NCBI GenBank assembly: GCA_046538485.1
Contig: JBKHIT010000021.1
Span: 11,730-75,729 of the forward strand
Direction: 5' to 3'
Source of the DNA: Candidatus Brocadiia bacterium
GTDB taxonomy: Bacteria; Planctomycetota; Brocadiia; SM23-32
Length of the DNA: 64,000 nucleotides
In this document: positions 20,268-30,149 of the stretch, piece after piece
Position numbering within the stretch: position 1 is the stretch's first letter
Layout: every line of letters starts with the position of its first letter
Translations under genes and position numbers: made by a program
Notes under the pieces: model-generated
The model's input: only the letters and a program-made list of their open reading frames with translations
Databases searched by the model: none
What the model was told of the DNA's origin: nothing

Positions 20268-21314
20268 ATGACGCCTATCAATCGACAGCCACTTCACGAG
20301 CAGATCGCGGATATCCTGCGCCGGGAAATCCGCACACAACACAAACCCGGTGACAGGCTTGATTCTGAAAGCAAACTCGCCGAACGATTCGCCGTCTCCA
20401 CCGTCACCCTGCGGGAGGCTATGCTTCAATTGAGCCAGGAGGGGCTCATCGAAAGGCGTCACGGCAGTGGAACTTATGTTCTCGATGAGGCGGGCCAGCA
20501 ACGAATTGTCATACTCGTAAATCCCGACATACTCTCCGAATCGGCATCTTACTTCTGGACCAAAGTCACACGAGAAACCCAGCGTATGTTCGAAGATAAA
20601 GGAATCAGAAACTGGGGAGAACTCGGATCGAAAAAACCGCCGCGAGATTATCCGCACCTTGACGGTGCGGTCGCTATAAGCGCCTACCGGAATTCTTACT
20701 GGCCCCAAGAAATGCTCGATCGGGGGATTCCAATTGTCGGTAATGATCCGGCACTTGACTGCTTTGTGCATAACGATATGCCGGGGATGGTGCGTGGGGG
20801 AGTACAGTATATCATCGACACCGGGCGTGAGCGCCCCGCTCTGCTCCTGTACAAATCCCAGCAAGCGGGCATGCGTGAGGCTTTCCGAAAGACCCTGAAA
20901 GAAAATGGGCTCAAACCTGACCCCGAGCTCATCTGCACGGAAACCGAAAATGGCGAGTCGAAATACGAGGGAGGGGCTTTCCAAAAACTCTGGGAAAAAC
21001 CGATACAAAAACCCGATGCGATTCTCGTCGCCGACGACGTCGTATTTAAAAACACGGCCTATGGAATCCTTTCCCGCTCCATTGATGTGCCCCGCGAGCT
21101 TCTCGTCCTCACGCACGCCAACAAAGGCGCTGATCTGTTCTACCCTTTCCCCACCGTTCGCCTTCAGTTTGACCCGACGGAATATGCCCGGGCTCTTGTG
21201 GACGGGCTTTCGAAACGGATGGCAGGCGAACCGAATCCCGACAAAGAGGTCCTTCTCTCCCACACCATGGTGGGAACCGAAACAATCAAAAATCTCCTCG
21301 AAGCCAGTGAGTAA
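20268..21314 (+). CDS. GntR-family regulator with LacI-type sugar-binding domain
   Basis: GDRLDSESKLAERFAVSTVTLREA...RRHGSGTYV wHTH; PDAILVADD, VPRELLV sensor motifs. Confidence 0.9.
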   Translation: MTPINRQPLHEQIADILRREIRTQHKPGDRLDSESKLAERFAVSTVTLREAMLQLSQEGLIERRHGSGTYVLDEAGQQRIVILVNPDILSESASYFWTKVTRETQRMFEDKGIRNWGELGSKKPPRDYPHLDGAVAISAYRNSYWPQEMLDRGIPIVGNDPALDCFVHNDMPGMVRGGVQYIIDTGRERPALLLYKSQQAGMREAFRKTLKENGLKPDPELICTETENGESKYEGGAFQKLWEKPIQKPDAILVADDVVFKNTAYGILSRSIDVPRELLVLTHANKGADLFYPFPTVRLQFDPTEYARALVDGLSKRMAGEPNPDKEVLLSHTMVGTETIKNLLEASE

Positions 21315-21427
21315 AACCCGAAAGAATCCCGTTTGGATTCGGGTGGAATACAAGCGATCATTTCCTTAGGATACAAGCAAATTGGCTCCTTTAACGTTTT
21401 GTCAGAAAACAAAATAGGAGGAAGATT

Positions 21428-22462
21428 ATGGCAGGACAATTTCGTTTTTCGTTTGGTCCATGGAACGTTCACGAAGGTGCCGACCCTTTCGGCCCCGAGG
21501 TCCGGGAATCCATTGAATTCGCCGAAAAGTTGAAAATGTACAAAGACCTTGGATTCGGAGCGGTACAATTTCACGACGATGATGCCGTCCCTGAATTGAA
21601 CGATTTGAGCCCCGGGCAAATTATCACCCGGGCCGAAGAAGTTAAAAAGATGCTCGATAACGAAGGGCTGGAAGCTGAATTCGTCGCCCCTCGGCTCTGG
21701 GAAGATCCCCGGACCATAGACGGGGCCTACACCTCAAACGATCTGGAGGAGCGGGAATACGCCATTGAAAGGAGTAAACGCTGCATTGATATCGCGAAGG
21801 CGCTCGATACCGATCTGATCGTTTTGTGGCTCGCGCGAGAGGGAACCTACATCCGCGAAGCCAAAGATCCTGTCGTCGCCACGCAGCGTCTGGTCGAAGC
21901 AATCAACATTATGCTGAATTACGATTCCTCGGTGCGGATAGCGATCGAGCCCAAACCCAACGAGCCCATGGACCAGGCCTATATTCCGACGACAGGACAC
22001 GCGATGGCGTTGGGAATGATGACCGATGATCCGGACCGCATGGGAGTTAATATCGAAACCGCCCACGTGATTCTTGCCGGCCTCTCCCCTTCCGATGAAA
22101 TGGGATTTGCACTGTCGGCCGATAAACTCTTCACCGTCCATCTCAACGACCAGAACGGTATAAAATTCGACGAAGACAAATCCTTCGGAGTGGTCAACCC
22201 GCGCCGCGCCCTGGCTCAGGTGCGCATTCTCGACAAATATGATTTCGGTCAGAATGGAGAATGGGTCGGTCTGGACGTCAAAGCCATGCGAACCCAGAAA
22301 GCGGAGGTCGCGACAAAACACCTCAGAAATAGCCGTGAGCTCTTTCTAAAAGTGCTTGAGATCTCACGGGGGCTCGATGATGACGAAATCGAGCGGCTGA
22401 GAGATGAACGTGATTACGAGGAACTCGACCTCTACATCACCAATCAGCTGACGGGCGGGTGA
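21428..22462 (+). CDS. xylA: xylose isomerase (class I-like)
   Basis: FSFGPWN..GADPFG, FHDDD, EPKPNEP, NIETAH, HLNDQ, DED metal ligands. Confidence 0.85.
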   Translation: MAGQFRFSFGPWNVHEGADPFGPEVRESIEFAEKLKMYKDLGFGAVQFHDDDAVPELNDLSPGQIITRAEEVKKMLDNEGLEAEFVAPRLWEDPRTIDGAYTSNDLEEREYAIERSKRCIDIAKALDTDLIVLWLAREGTYIREAKDPVVATQRLVEAINIMLNYDSSVRIAIEPKPNEPMDQAYIPTTGHAMALGMMTDDPDRMGVNIETAHVILAGLSPSDEMGFALSADKLFTVHLNDQNGIKFDEDKSFGVVNPRRALAQVRILDKYDFGQNGEWVGLDVKAMRTQKAEVATKHLRNSRELFLKVLEISRGLDDDEIERLRDERDYEELDLYITNQLTGG

Positions 22463-22539
22463 AAAAAGAAGAAATCGAGACTCTGGCGCATGGTAAAGTG
22501 CCCGTGCGGCAATCCGGCATGCCCCGCATCAGTTTGGGA

Positions 22540-22650
22540 AGCGGGCTGGACTTCAGAACCGCTCCCGCGGGTCTGGAGTTCAGGGCGCGGTGCAGAAGCC
22601 CGCAGACCTCGCAGCACAAAGAGCAACAACGAACGGCAGGTCCGCCTCAC
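22540..22650 (+). repeat. composite repeat: family A hairpin plus half of REP-like family B
   Basis: CTGGACTTCAG-AACCGCTCCCGCGGGT-CTGGAGTTCAG...AACGGCAGGTCCGCCTC, shared with the 26769-26899 and 58001-58168 copies. Confidence 0.85.
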
Positions 22651-22864
22651 CCACCGTACGGCGGAGACCTGCAGATCTCCCCATTCCATTTCACCGCATG
22701 CCCTGGTCGGCTACAGAATACCTTCGCAAAAAACGGCTGCGCCCCACTTATCAGCGACGCCACGCTCATGGAGGGAAACCGATTTCACTATTCCGAAATG
22801 AAAACGGTAGCGCATCGGAAAAAATCGCCGAGTGCGGCATGCCGATTCTTCAGAGCCTTCCAAC

Positions 22865-23452
22865 TTACTGCTGACGCCCCTCGATTCCGGCCAGAAGGAT
22901 ACCACCAGCAAGGAGAAGACGCCGGTCCACAGGTGGATCGGGATTCTGAAGCTGGAGCGTATACTTCAGAACGAAAGGATTGAAATGTTGTCTGCAGGTG
23001 GCAAATGGGGCTCCCTGCGCGTCTTCGCAAATATACTTTTGCGGTATTAATTTGAGAAACCGGCTGGCAAAAGCACTGAACCAGCTGTTCTCTCTCAGTT
23101 TGCCGATCTCTTTCTCATTCTCATCCAAAAATATATATTCATCTTTAAACATCGACTTTATACCACTCCTACGAACAGCCCCGACGCCTTCTTCGGCGAT
23201 CGGATCGAGAACGTAGTAGGTTGCGCCGATATCGAAAATCTGCGGGGTTTTAATAACAAGAAGTTCCTCGGTCATATTCTCATCGCCATAGATACGAAAA
23301 TCTTCTTTGAGTTTGAAGGCCTTTTGCTCGGAATAGAAGGCCAGATTGCCCGATTGGTCATACGCATGGAATGCGCCGCCGAAGATTTTGAAAACTTTCC
23401 GACGAAAAAGATACTTATTCTTACAGAACGCAGGATGCAGTTCCTCCGCCAT
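22865..23452 (-). CDS. LURP-one/scramblase-like (tubby C-terminal-like) protein
   Basis: QKAFKLKEDFRIY, DRRLLLA...IEGRQ. Confidence 0.75.
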   Translation of the reverse strand: MAEELHPAFCKNKYLFRRKVFKIFGGAFHAYDQSGNLAFYSEQKAFKLKEDFRIYGDENMTEELLVIKTPQIFDIGATYYVLDPIAEEGVGAVRRSGIKSMFKDEYIFLDENEKEIGKLRENSWFSAFASRFLKLIPQKYICEDAQGAPFATCRQHFNPFVLKYTLQLQNPDPPVDRRLLLAGGILLAGIEGRQQ

Positions 23453-23536
23453 TTCAATTTCCTTCGCAGTCAAAGTGAAAATTTATAAAAAATCATCTGA
23501 ACTTTTCCCGACCACTATGCTCTTGATCCAAACTCT

Positions 23537-24244
23537 CTATGTCCCAACAGAGGCGGTAAAAACAGACAATTTGTTGATCTCCAAACTCTTCTCAATCGGC
23601 TGAAGACGCCCCAGAACAGAGGCCAGGCCTGCTTCCGCAAAATCCTTCTGTGTTGTTTCGACAAACTGTTTGCCCATCTTCCCGATCTGGGCAGACGTGG
23701 CAACATCCCGCAGAGCCGGCAGCAAAATTGTGTCTTCATAAGCCGCATGTGCTCTGTACATTCGCGCGTATCGCCTCAAAGCGCGAGCCAAATCCGTGCG
23801 TGTGGGGTCTTCAGAAATATTCTCCTTGCCGGCCAGATAATAGATCCGCTGGGAAAGACGACGCCCTGTCCGATGCTGAGTGCGAAGAGTTTTTATAAGC
23901 TCCTTTTGCTGCTCTGCTTCCAAAAAAACCGGAAAGACATATTTTTCCTCGAGTTCCTCGTGGTACTGTTCGATAAACTCGTCAACAAGGGGTCCGCTGT
24001 TGAGTGCCGTGGGAGGCAATTGCTCTTTCTGATCCAGTCGCTTTGCCACCTCCTCGTAAGTCATCACAAGACGCTGCACCAGACCGTGCTGATACATCAG
24101 CTGTTCAGTGGGAGGGACTTTGTTCGCTGTATGCGTTTCTTTATCTCCCGGCTTCTCCGCGGCAGAGGCACGTCCGATTAGCGCGCCCGCCGCACCACAA
24201 ACAGCCAATCCGGTTTTCCTTAGAAAATTCCGCCGATCATTCAT
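23537..24244 (-). CDS. Tat-exported hemerythrin-like domain protein
   Basis: DRRNFL twin-arginine signal; LMYQH, YHEELEEKYVFP, QHRTGR, HAAYEDTILLP. Confidence 0.85.
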   Translation of the reverse strand: MNDRRNFLRKTGLAVCGAAGALIGRASAAEKPGDKETHTANKVPPTEQLMYQHGLVQRLVMTYEEVAKRLDQKEQLPPTALNSGPLVDEFIEQYHEELEEKYVFPVFLEAEQQKELIKTLRTQHRTGRRLSQRIYYLAGKENISEDPTRTDLARALRRYARMYRAHAAYEDTILLPALRDVATSAQIGKMGKQFVETTQKDFAEAGLASVLGRLQPIEKSLEINKLSVFTASVGT

Positions 24245-24575
24245 TCCCCTCATTCCTCCCTTGAACAATAATGACCCGGAGTCAGCATCCGCGACACACA
24301 TCTGCTGCAGGCGCCACGCTATGATGCTACCATCAGATCGACTCCTGTGCAATGTTGGCCGGCACCGCCAGGCAGTAGAATTAACCGTCTGATATGTCAA
24401 ACCCCGAACCTTCGTTTCGCGATTCCCCTGTGATATACATACAAAAGGAAACCGTATCCGCCCGTCCAGTACGAAAAATTCTCACCCGATCAGTAAAGTT
24501 GCGGTCCCCGCAGCAAAACTGTAATACCCCCCTGGCCACCAAGCAAAAACGCATCTTCCACGACATTTGTTAACG

Positions 24576-24740
24576 GGTTACGATGAGACCACGGGCACGA
24601 ACATCTGGACGGCTGCGGCGGATGAGAAGTCCCCCGAACCGGTTGGCTGCGGCGATCACACATTCGGCCATGTCAGCGTCTCCCATTGCGGCCGTTTCTG
24701 GATCGCCGACGCGCCGCGCGAAGACAACGTCCCCGTTTAG
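24576..24740 (+). pseudogene. short coding remnant resembling a beta-propeller blade
   Basis: GYDETTGTNIWTAAA...FGHVSVSHCGRFWIADAPREDNVPV*, coding-like composition, no full gene. Confidence 0.4.
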
Positions 24741-24995
24741 CCCGCATTTCTCACGAACCTAAATGTATAATTATTATAAACGGCAGCACAGAAAGACTTT
24801 GCACTATATTTCGCATCTGATCTCGCTACACAGTCTGTAATCTGGTCTAAAGACAGCGGTTCGCCCTCCGGGAGCGGGTTAGAGCTGGATTTAACCCCCA
24901 TTTTTTCAGGAGATGTAAGATACCGTGCCAGCGCATGTACCTGTTTACCCCAGAAATGCCGCTCCATAGGTCCTTGCGAGTCCATCGCAAGATGG

Positions 24996-25074
24996 GCGAA
25001 GCAATCTCGTCGTTTTGTGGACCCGACAGCGAGATTGCCGCGGCGCCCCGCTGAGCGGAACACCTCGCAATGAC
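24996..25074. repeat. family D repeat (GCAATCTC...GAGATTGC...CTCGCAATGAC)
   Basis: close copy at 53604-53681, partial copy at 63913-63924. Confidence 0.75.
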
Positions 25075-25390
25075 ATGTGAACCTGAAAGGCTGAGTCTCA
25101 TACACGCTAAGCGTGTGCCAGCGCATCGCGCTGGCGTCCCTAAGCGGTCTTGTATAAGTAAACTAAGGATTTGACAATCGCCGTAAGATCCTTTTTCTTA
25201 CGGCCTGAAAGGCCGATTCATCGTAACCCACACTGAAGTGGTCTGAAAGACCAGGGAGGCCCGGGTTATGGAGAACCACAACATAAGGCGGAGTCCTACA
25301 GTTTTCCCCCATTGCTGCCCATTGCATGTGCTGCTCGGCTGCCAAAGACCCCAGAGACCCAATTCTTGGACGCCATAAGGAACTGCGAAC

Positions 25391-26500
25391 TCAATCCGGA
25401 TCGCTTACGACCAGCTCTTTCACCGCCTCCCCGTCGCTCCAGCGGCCCATAAATCGCTGCCCGGCCGTATCACCCAACGCAGATTCCCGATTTTTACCCT
25501 CAAAAGCCGCGCGGCAGAGCGCGTCGAAGAGTCTCCAGGTTCCGTAGTAATCGAGCGCATCGACGCTGTCGCCTCCGGCGGCCCGATCTATGATCGGCGA
25601 TCTTTCCCCTTCCTTATTTTTCTTTCTCCGCTCCCGGATCCGGTCGCGGAGTTTGCCGCGCCTTACCCCTCCGCCACCACCCAGAAGGCCGTCACCGGAA
25701 TCGTACCTCTCGTCCGCCGCCACCGGAGCAAGATGATTCGCCTCAAGGGGCGGACGGCCGTGGCCGTCGCTACGCATCAGAACAAAATCCTTGTTCCGGG
25801 CCGGGATCCGGTTTGCCCTTCGATAAATCCGTTTCGCATCCACATCCCTCACCACGCCATCTTTGTCCCCGGCGATCGTCAGCAACAGTGTGGCGGCGGA
25901 GATTTTGCTTAAATCTTCCAGCGGCACGACGATCCGCCGTGGCCCCCAGGATTTACCCGGCTGCACGCACATGACGGCTTTCGGCCGGGGAAGACCGGAT
26001 TCCGATGCCAGAGCCGCGATATTGGCCGACAGGAGCCCGCCCACCGAATGCCCCACGACCGCGAATTTGCCGGAGACGGGGCGAACATGATCTTTTTCTT
26101 TTTGTAGACGACGCACAGCATCTTTAACCGCTTGAATGGCGTTCGGCGTGAACTTTCCCGGCGGCGTGGCCAGATTCGCCTGGTAGCGCGGGTAAATAAC
26201 GACATTTCCCCGCCGCACGATGTGGTCGATCCACGCCCCATAGATCTTCGGATTCATCGCCGTCCAACCGTGGTTGAACACAACCACCGGAGCACGATCG
26301 GGTGCCGGGTCGGCCGGCTCGAAAATCCAGTATTCCTGCCCCCCTTTACCGTAGCGATAGCGCTTCACGTCTTTGTGTGCGTATTCGGTCCCACCGGGCC
26401 CGCTCTCCGGTTGAGACGGTGCTTTTGGGGGCTTATCCGCGGCGAAACTCACCAAGCACATCAGCAGCAAAAACGGTATCAGAAAAATCTTTACTCTCAC
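25391..26500 (-). CDS. secreted alpha/beta hydrolase (chlorophyllase/dienelactone hydrolase-like)
   Basis: signal peptide; VVFNHGW, GHSVG nucleophile elbow, GDKD, ANH. Confidence 0.85.
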   Translation of the reverse strand: MRVKIFLIPFLLLMCLVSFAADKPPKAPSQPESGPGGTEYAHKDVKRYRYGKGGQEYWIFEPADPAPDRAPVVVFNHGWTAMNPKIYGAWIDHIVRRGNVVIYPRYQANLATPPGKFTPNAIQAVKDAVRRLQKEKDHVRPVSGKFAVVGHSVGGLLSANIAALASESGLPRPKAVMCVQPGKSWGPRRIVVPLEDLSKISAATLLLTIAGDKDGVVRDVDAKRIYRRANRIPARNKDFVLMRSDGHGRPPLEANHLAPVAADERYDSGDGLLGGGGGVRRGKLRDRIRERRKKNKEGERSPIIDRAAGGDSVDALDYYGTWRLFDALCRAAFEGKNRESALGDTAGQRFMGRWSDGEAVKELVVSDPD

Positions 26501-26703
26501 ATTTTGCTCCTCAGGACCAACGGAACAGTGGCTGACAGGTCGCTCTCAATAATTGTACCCTGAGTTCACGCCAATCTGTCAAGCTTTTTCAAACGTGGAG
26601 GTTTCCTTCGGAAAAGTCTTTAGAGAGTGTCTAATATAAACCTCTCGTTTAGTATCAGTGATTCTGTAAGCTTGCAACCCCGCTCTTCGACCACATATCC
26701 TGC

Positions 26704-26749
26704 AGACTCGATTTCAGCTGAGCGCTCCACTCAGCGGGCGAAGCGGGAC
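26704..26749. repeat. family C palindromic repeat
   Basis: AGACTCGA(T/G)TTCAGCT...GCGGGCGAA; related copies at 37272-37328 (inverted) and 57169-57224. Confidence 0.7.
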
Positions 26750-26768
26750 AAATGCCGGGAAATGCCAG

Positions 26769-26899
26769 GTAGCTGTCGGTCTGCATCGCCGAGGCGGACC
26801 TGCCGTTGGTTGTTGGTCTTTGTTCTGCGAAGCCCGCAGATTTCTGCACCGCGTTCTGAACTCCAGCCCCGCAAGGCGCTGCTGAAGTCCAGTCCGCTC
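26769..26899 (-). repeat. composite repeat families A and B
   Basis: reverse-complement copy of the 22540 and 58001 elements. Confidence 0.85.
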
Positions 26900-26901
26900 A
26901 T

Positions 26902-27510
26902 GTGACAGGCAACCGAAGCGAGACCTTGACTCCACGCGTCGGGACGCGTCACCGCACCACCAAACACGCTCCCCACATGAGCTGCGAGTGGTGGTTGAGC
27001 AACGACGGTTTTGAATGGCGACGCCCGTTCCGCAACGTCTTTGCAGCCGGAGAAGCAGATGGATTGATCCAGCATGAACCGATGCGCGTGGGCGGTGATC
27101 TGCTCTGGACGGACGGGAAACGCCTCTTCGGATTACCCAACGAGAGGCTTTTTTGCATTCGCTCCCTCTCGAATGCCGCTTTCACAACACGTCCTTTCGA
27201 AGTTCCCGATACACCGGTTGCGATCAACGCCGAGTTTGGGCTCGACAGCGATTCGAATCGCGGAATGCGCGGGCAGGGCTCAATCCTGGTCGAAGCGCTC
27301 GGGGAGGATGGCGAGATTCCGGAAGGTTTCGAGCGCGAAGCTTGCGTCATCCACGATCTCGACGCCCCTTCACAAAGGCATGAATATGACCGGTACGGCG
27401 GCCGCGTTCTCGCCTGGCACGGACACTCCCTCTCGGAACTCGCCGGACGGACCGTTCGGCTGCGAATCTGCTTTCGGGACGCCCGTATCTACGACATAAG
27501 ATGGACCTGA
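26902..27510 (+). pseudogene. 5'-truncated remnant of a glycoside-hydrolase-like beta-propeller protein
   Basis: WWLSNDGFEWRRP Asp-box-like motif and C-terminal LAGRTVRLRICFRDARIY domain; no SD or N-terminal part; begins at the repeat edge. Confidence 0.6.
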
Positions 27511-27562
27511 ATCGACGGCTCTGGCAAGAGACCACTTTGGGGAATCCGAAACACAGACCAAA

Positions 27563-29263
27563 ATGGCAAAAATACAAGAAAAACCGAACGTTCTGATCTA
27601 TTTCATGGACGAACTCCGCGCCGACGTTCTCGGCTGCTACGGGCATCCTTTTGTGCGAACACCGTCCATCGACCGCATTGCTTCGGAGGGGATGCGGTTC
27701 GACGCGGCTTACAGCAACTGCCCGCTGTGCATGCCCGCTCGGAATTGTTTTTTCACGGGGAAATACCCGACCGAGCACGGCGTCACCTCCAACGGACCCG
27801 CCGATAAGGAATTCCCCGAACTGGCAAAAAAATACTCAGAAGATCCCCCCACCTACGCTTTCGGCCGCGTCCTTCGTGCGGCCGGCTACGAGACCATCGC
27901 CGGGGTCGGCAAACACCACACGGGATTCTCTCCCGAAATCAGCGGGTTCACCGAATACCAAAGGACTCCAGATCGGCGCGGCGCCGGACCGGCGCGATTA
28001 CCGGACGGAGCTGATCCCGAAAAAAGTCGCCCCGTCATAATCCCCGGTGAGGCGCCGAACACAATTATAGGCGGAACATACGATGGCGATGCAGAAGACA
28101 CCCACGCGGCGCACACCATCGACCGAGCGCTGGAATGGCTCAAACAGGCGCCCGGCGAAGAGCCCTGGGTGCTCCGGGTCAGCATTAACACCCCGCACAC
28201 GCCGGTGCTCCCGCCCGCACCCTACGACAGCATGCACGAAGACCACGTTCAGAACTGGCAGTTCAGTGATGAGGAATTTGCTGCCCGTAGCGATATCCCG
28301 CGGAAGGCACGGTTCGTGGCGGAACATCCGCCCCATTCCCACAGGGTGGCACTCGCGTTTCCGGGACATCCTGAGGAAATTCACACGTATCGCTGGACCC
28401 GCTACCTCCGCGCGTTGCAGGCGTCCGCCCGTCGCCTGAACGAGGAAACCGGCTGGGACCTCGTCCCCTATTTCGACATTGAACCCACCGAGAACGGAGA
28501 AATGGCCGATGGATATCACAGGCTGATGGACGACGTACGTTCGGACCGGCTGGCGGGCATCATCTTCGGCTACTCACCTCACAATCTCTCGGGAACTGAA
28601 CTGCTCGCGGAACGCCCCCTGCCAACCGTCTGCCTCACCGGCGGTGCTAAACCCTGGGGACCAAGCATCATGGTCGATCGGGAAAAATTACTGGAGAAAG
28701 CCGCCTCCTTCTTCGTAGGACACAACCGGTGCCGCCTGGCGGTGGTCACGATCATGAGGGATAACCCTGAATCTTTGCCCCCCGTGCTCGAAAAACTGAG
28801 CCAACAGTACGGTTTCTATTCCCCGCCCCGATGGATGCACCCAATGGACCCCTACCACCCCAGATGGGTCAACCACACCCTCGGAACGATGCTAAAGCGA
28901 CCGGCCGGAGACCGACCCGATGGATTGATTATCCTTGACGACCACCTGGTCAGGCCGGTGGCCGACGCCCTGAACGACCTTGGCGTGAGCATTCCCGAAG
29001 AACTCCGGATCGTCGGATATTGGAATTTCCCGCTTCGATACGAAGGTGAGACACCGATCATGCGCCTCGGACTGGACACAATCGAGCAACTCACCAGAGC
29101 ACTGCACCTTTTGCGGGAAGAGGATGGCAGCTACCAACCTCCCGGACCGGAAATCCGGCTGGAGCCGATAACGGCATCTGAGTTCAAACAGCGTCACGGA
29201 ACCGATGCGGAAGTGGCCTATGAAATTGAACCTCCAGACAGGGAGTTCAGCAATGTTTATTAA
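27563..29263 (+). CDS. chimeric ORF: N-terminal half of a formylglycine sulfatase fused to a GntR/LacI-type sensor domain
   Basis: [28 protein letters not shown]; then FVAEHPPH...[10 protein letters not shown]...IPEELRIVG. Confidence 0.75.
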   Translation: MAKIQEKPNVLIYFMDELRADVLGCYGHPFVRTPSIDRIASEGMRFDAAYSNCPLCMPARNCFFTGKYPTEHGVTSNGPADKEFPELAKKYSEDPPTYAFGRVLRAAGYETIAGVGKHHTGFSPEISGFTEYQRTPDRRGAGPARLPDGADPEKSRPVIIPGEAPNTIIGGTYDGDAEDTHAAHTIDRALEWLKQAPGEEPWVLRVSINTPHTPVLPPAPYDSMHEDHVQNWQFSDEEFAARSDIPRKARFVAEHPPHSHRVALAFPGHPEEIHTYRWTRYLRALQASARRLNEETGWDLVPYFDIEPTENGEMADGYHRLMDDVRSDRLAGIIFGYSPHNLSGTELLAERPLPTVCLTGGAKPWGPSIMVDREKLLEKAASFFVGHNRCRLAVVTIMRDNPESLPPVLEKLSQQYGFYSPPRWMHPMDPYHPRWVNHTLGTMLKRPAGDRPDGLIILDDHLVRPVADALNDLGVSIPEELRIVGYWNFPLRYEGETPIMRLGLDTIEQLTRALHLLREEDGSYQPPGPEIRLEPITASEFKQRHGTDAEVAYEIEPPDREFSNVY

Positions 29264-30083
29264 AAACCCTCTGAGGTCTCGTAAAGCCTTCACACTCATC
29301 GAATTGCTCGTAGTCATCGCGATTATTGCCATCCTGGCGGCCATGCTGATGCCGGCGCTCGAACGCGCCCGGCAGAGCGCGGTCAGCGCTCAATGCGCAC
29401 AACGCCAACACCAGATAGGTGTCTCGATGCACATGTACTGCAACGATTACAACGATTTCTTTCCCCCTTTCGGCCCCCCGCCCTACGAACGCGCCGTCAC
29501 CTATTATTCTGGCACGGATGCTCAGGGTGACGAGTACCTGTGGGACCTGCGGGGATATTTTCAAAGCTACGGCCACCATAAATCGTTCATCTGTCCCGGA
29601 TTCATCGGCACGCCCAAATACAACCGTTGGGGCAACCGATGGGCCAATCGCAGGCCGACCGATTTCGACTGGTACAGTATCGGTCAACATCATCTCACCA
29701 ACATGGTGGGGTACAATTACTGGGCCTCCGAACGACTGTGGTTCTGGGTCACAAAATACTGCCATACCGGCGACGAATACTTTCTGCGACTGGGAACGCC
29801 AAATCCGAAATCTGCCTACAGCGTTCATCACGAGGGCCGTCCCAGACAGATGATGCTCATTACCTGTTTCGGGGTCAATACAAACACTCTCTACGGCGGC
29901 CGGGGCAATCTGCTGGACGCGCCAGATCCCTTCGAAAACTTTCCCCACAGTCCCGGCAGACCGTCGGGCGGCAACGTGCTGCTGGGCGACGGAAGCGTCC
30001 ACTGGGTCAACGCCCAGCAGTGGTTCGCCAACTACTGGCGCCAGATCCCGGATTGGAACGAACTTTCCTGGAACAAAAATTGA
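29253..30083 (+). CDS. prepilin-type (DUF1559-like) protein
   Basis: [32 protein letters not shown]...[11 protein letters not shown]. Confidence 0.9.
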   Translation: MFIKNPLRSRKAFTLIELLVVIAIIAILAAMLMPALERARQSAVSAQCAQRQHQIGVSMHMYCNDYNDFFPPFGPPPYERAVTYYSGTDAQGDEYLWDLRGYFQSYGHHKSFICPGFIGTPKYNRWGNRWANRRPTDFDWYSIGQHHLTNMVGYNYWASERLWFWVTKYCHTGDEYFLRLGTPNPKSAYSVHHEGRPRQMMLITCFGVNTNTLYGGRGNLLDAPDPFENFPHSPGRPSGGNVLLGDGSVHWVNAQQWFANYWRQIPDWNELSWNKN

Positions 30084-30149
30084 CCTGACGCCCCCGCCCC
30101 TAACCCTTTGAGCATGACGAATCTTGCGATCTCTAAGGAGAACAACTCA

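Noticed and set aside
22459..22983. 174-aa ORF after xylA and similar ORFs at 26655-27075, 37008-37415, 57122-57562 and 57795-58268
   Set aside because: They are translations of the palindromic repeats or structured element, not protein-like
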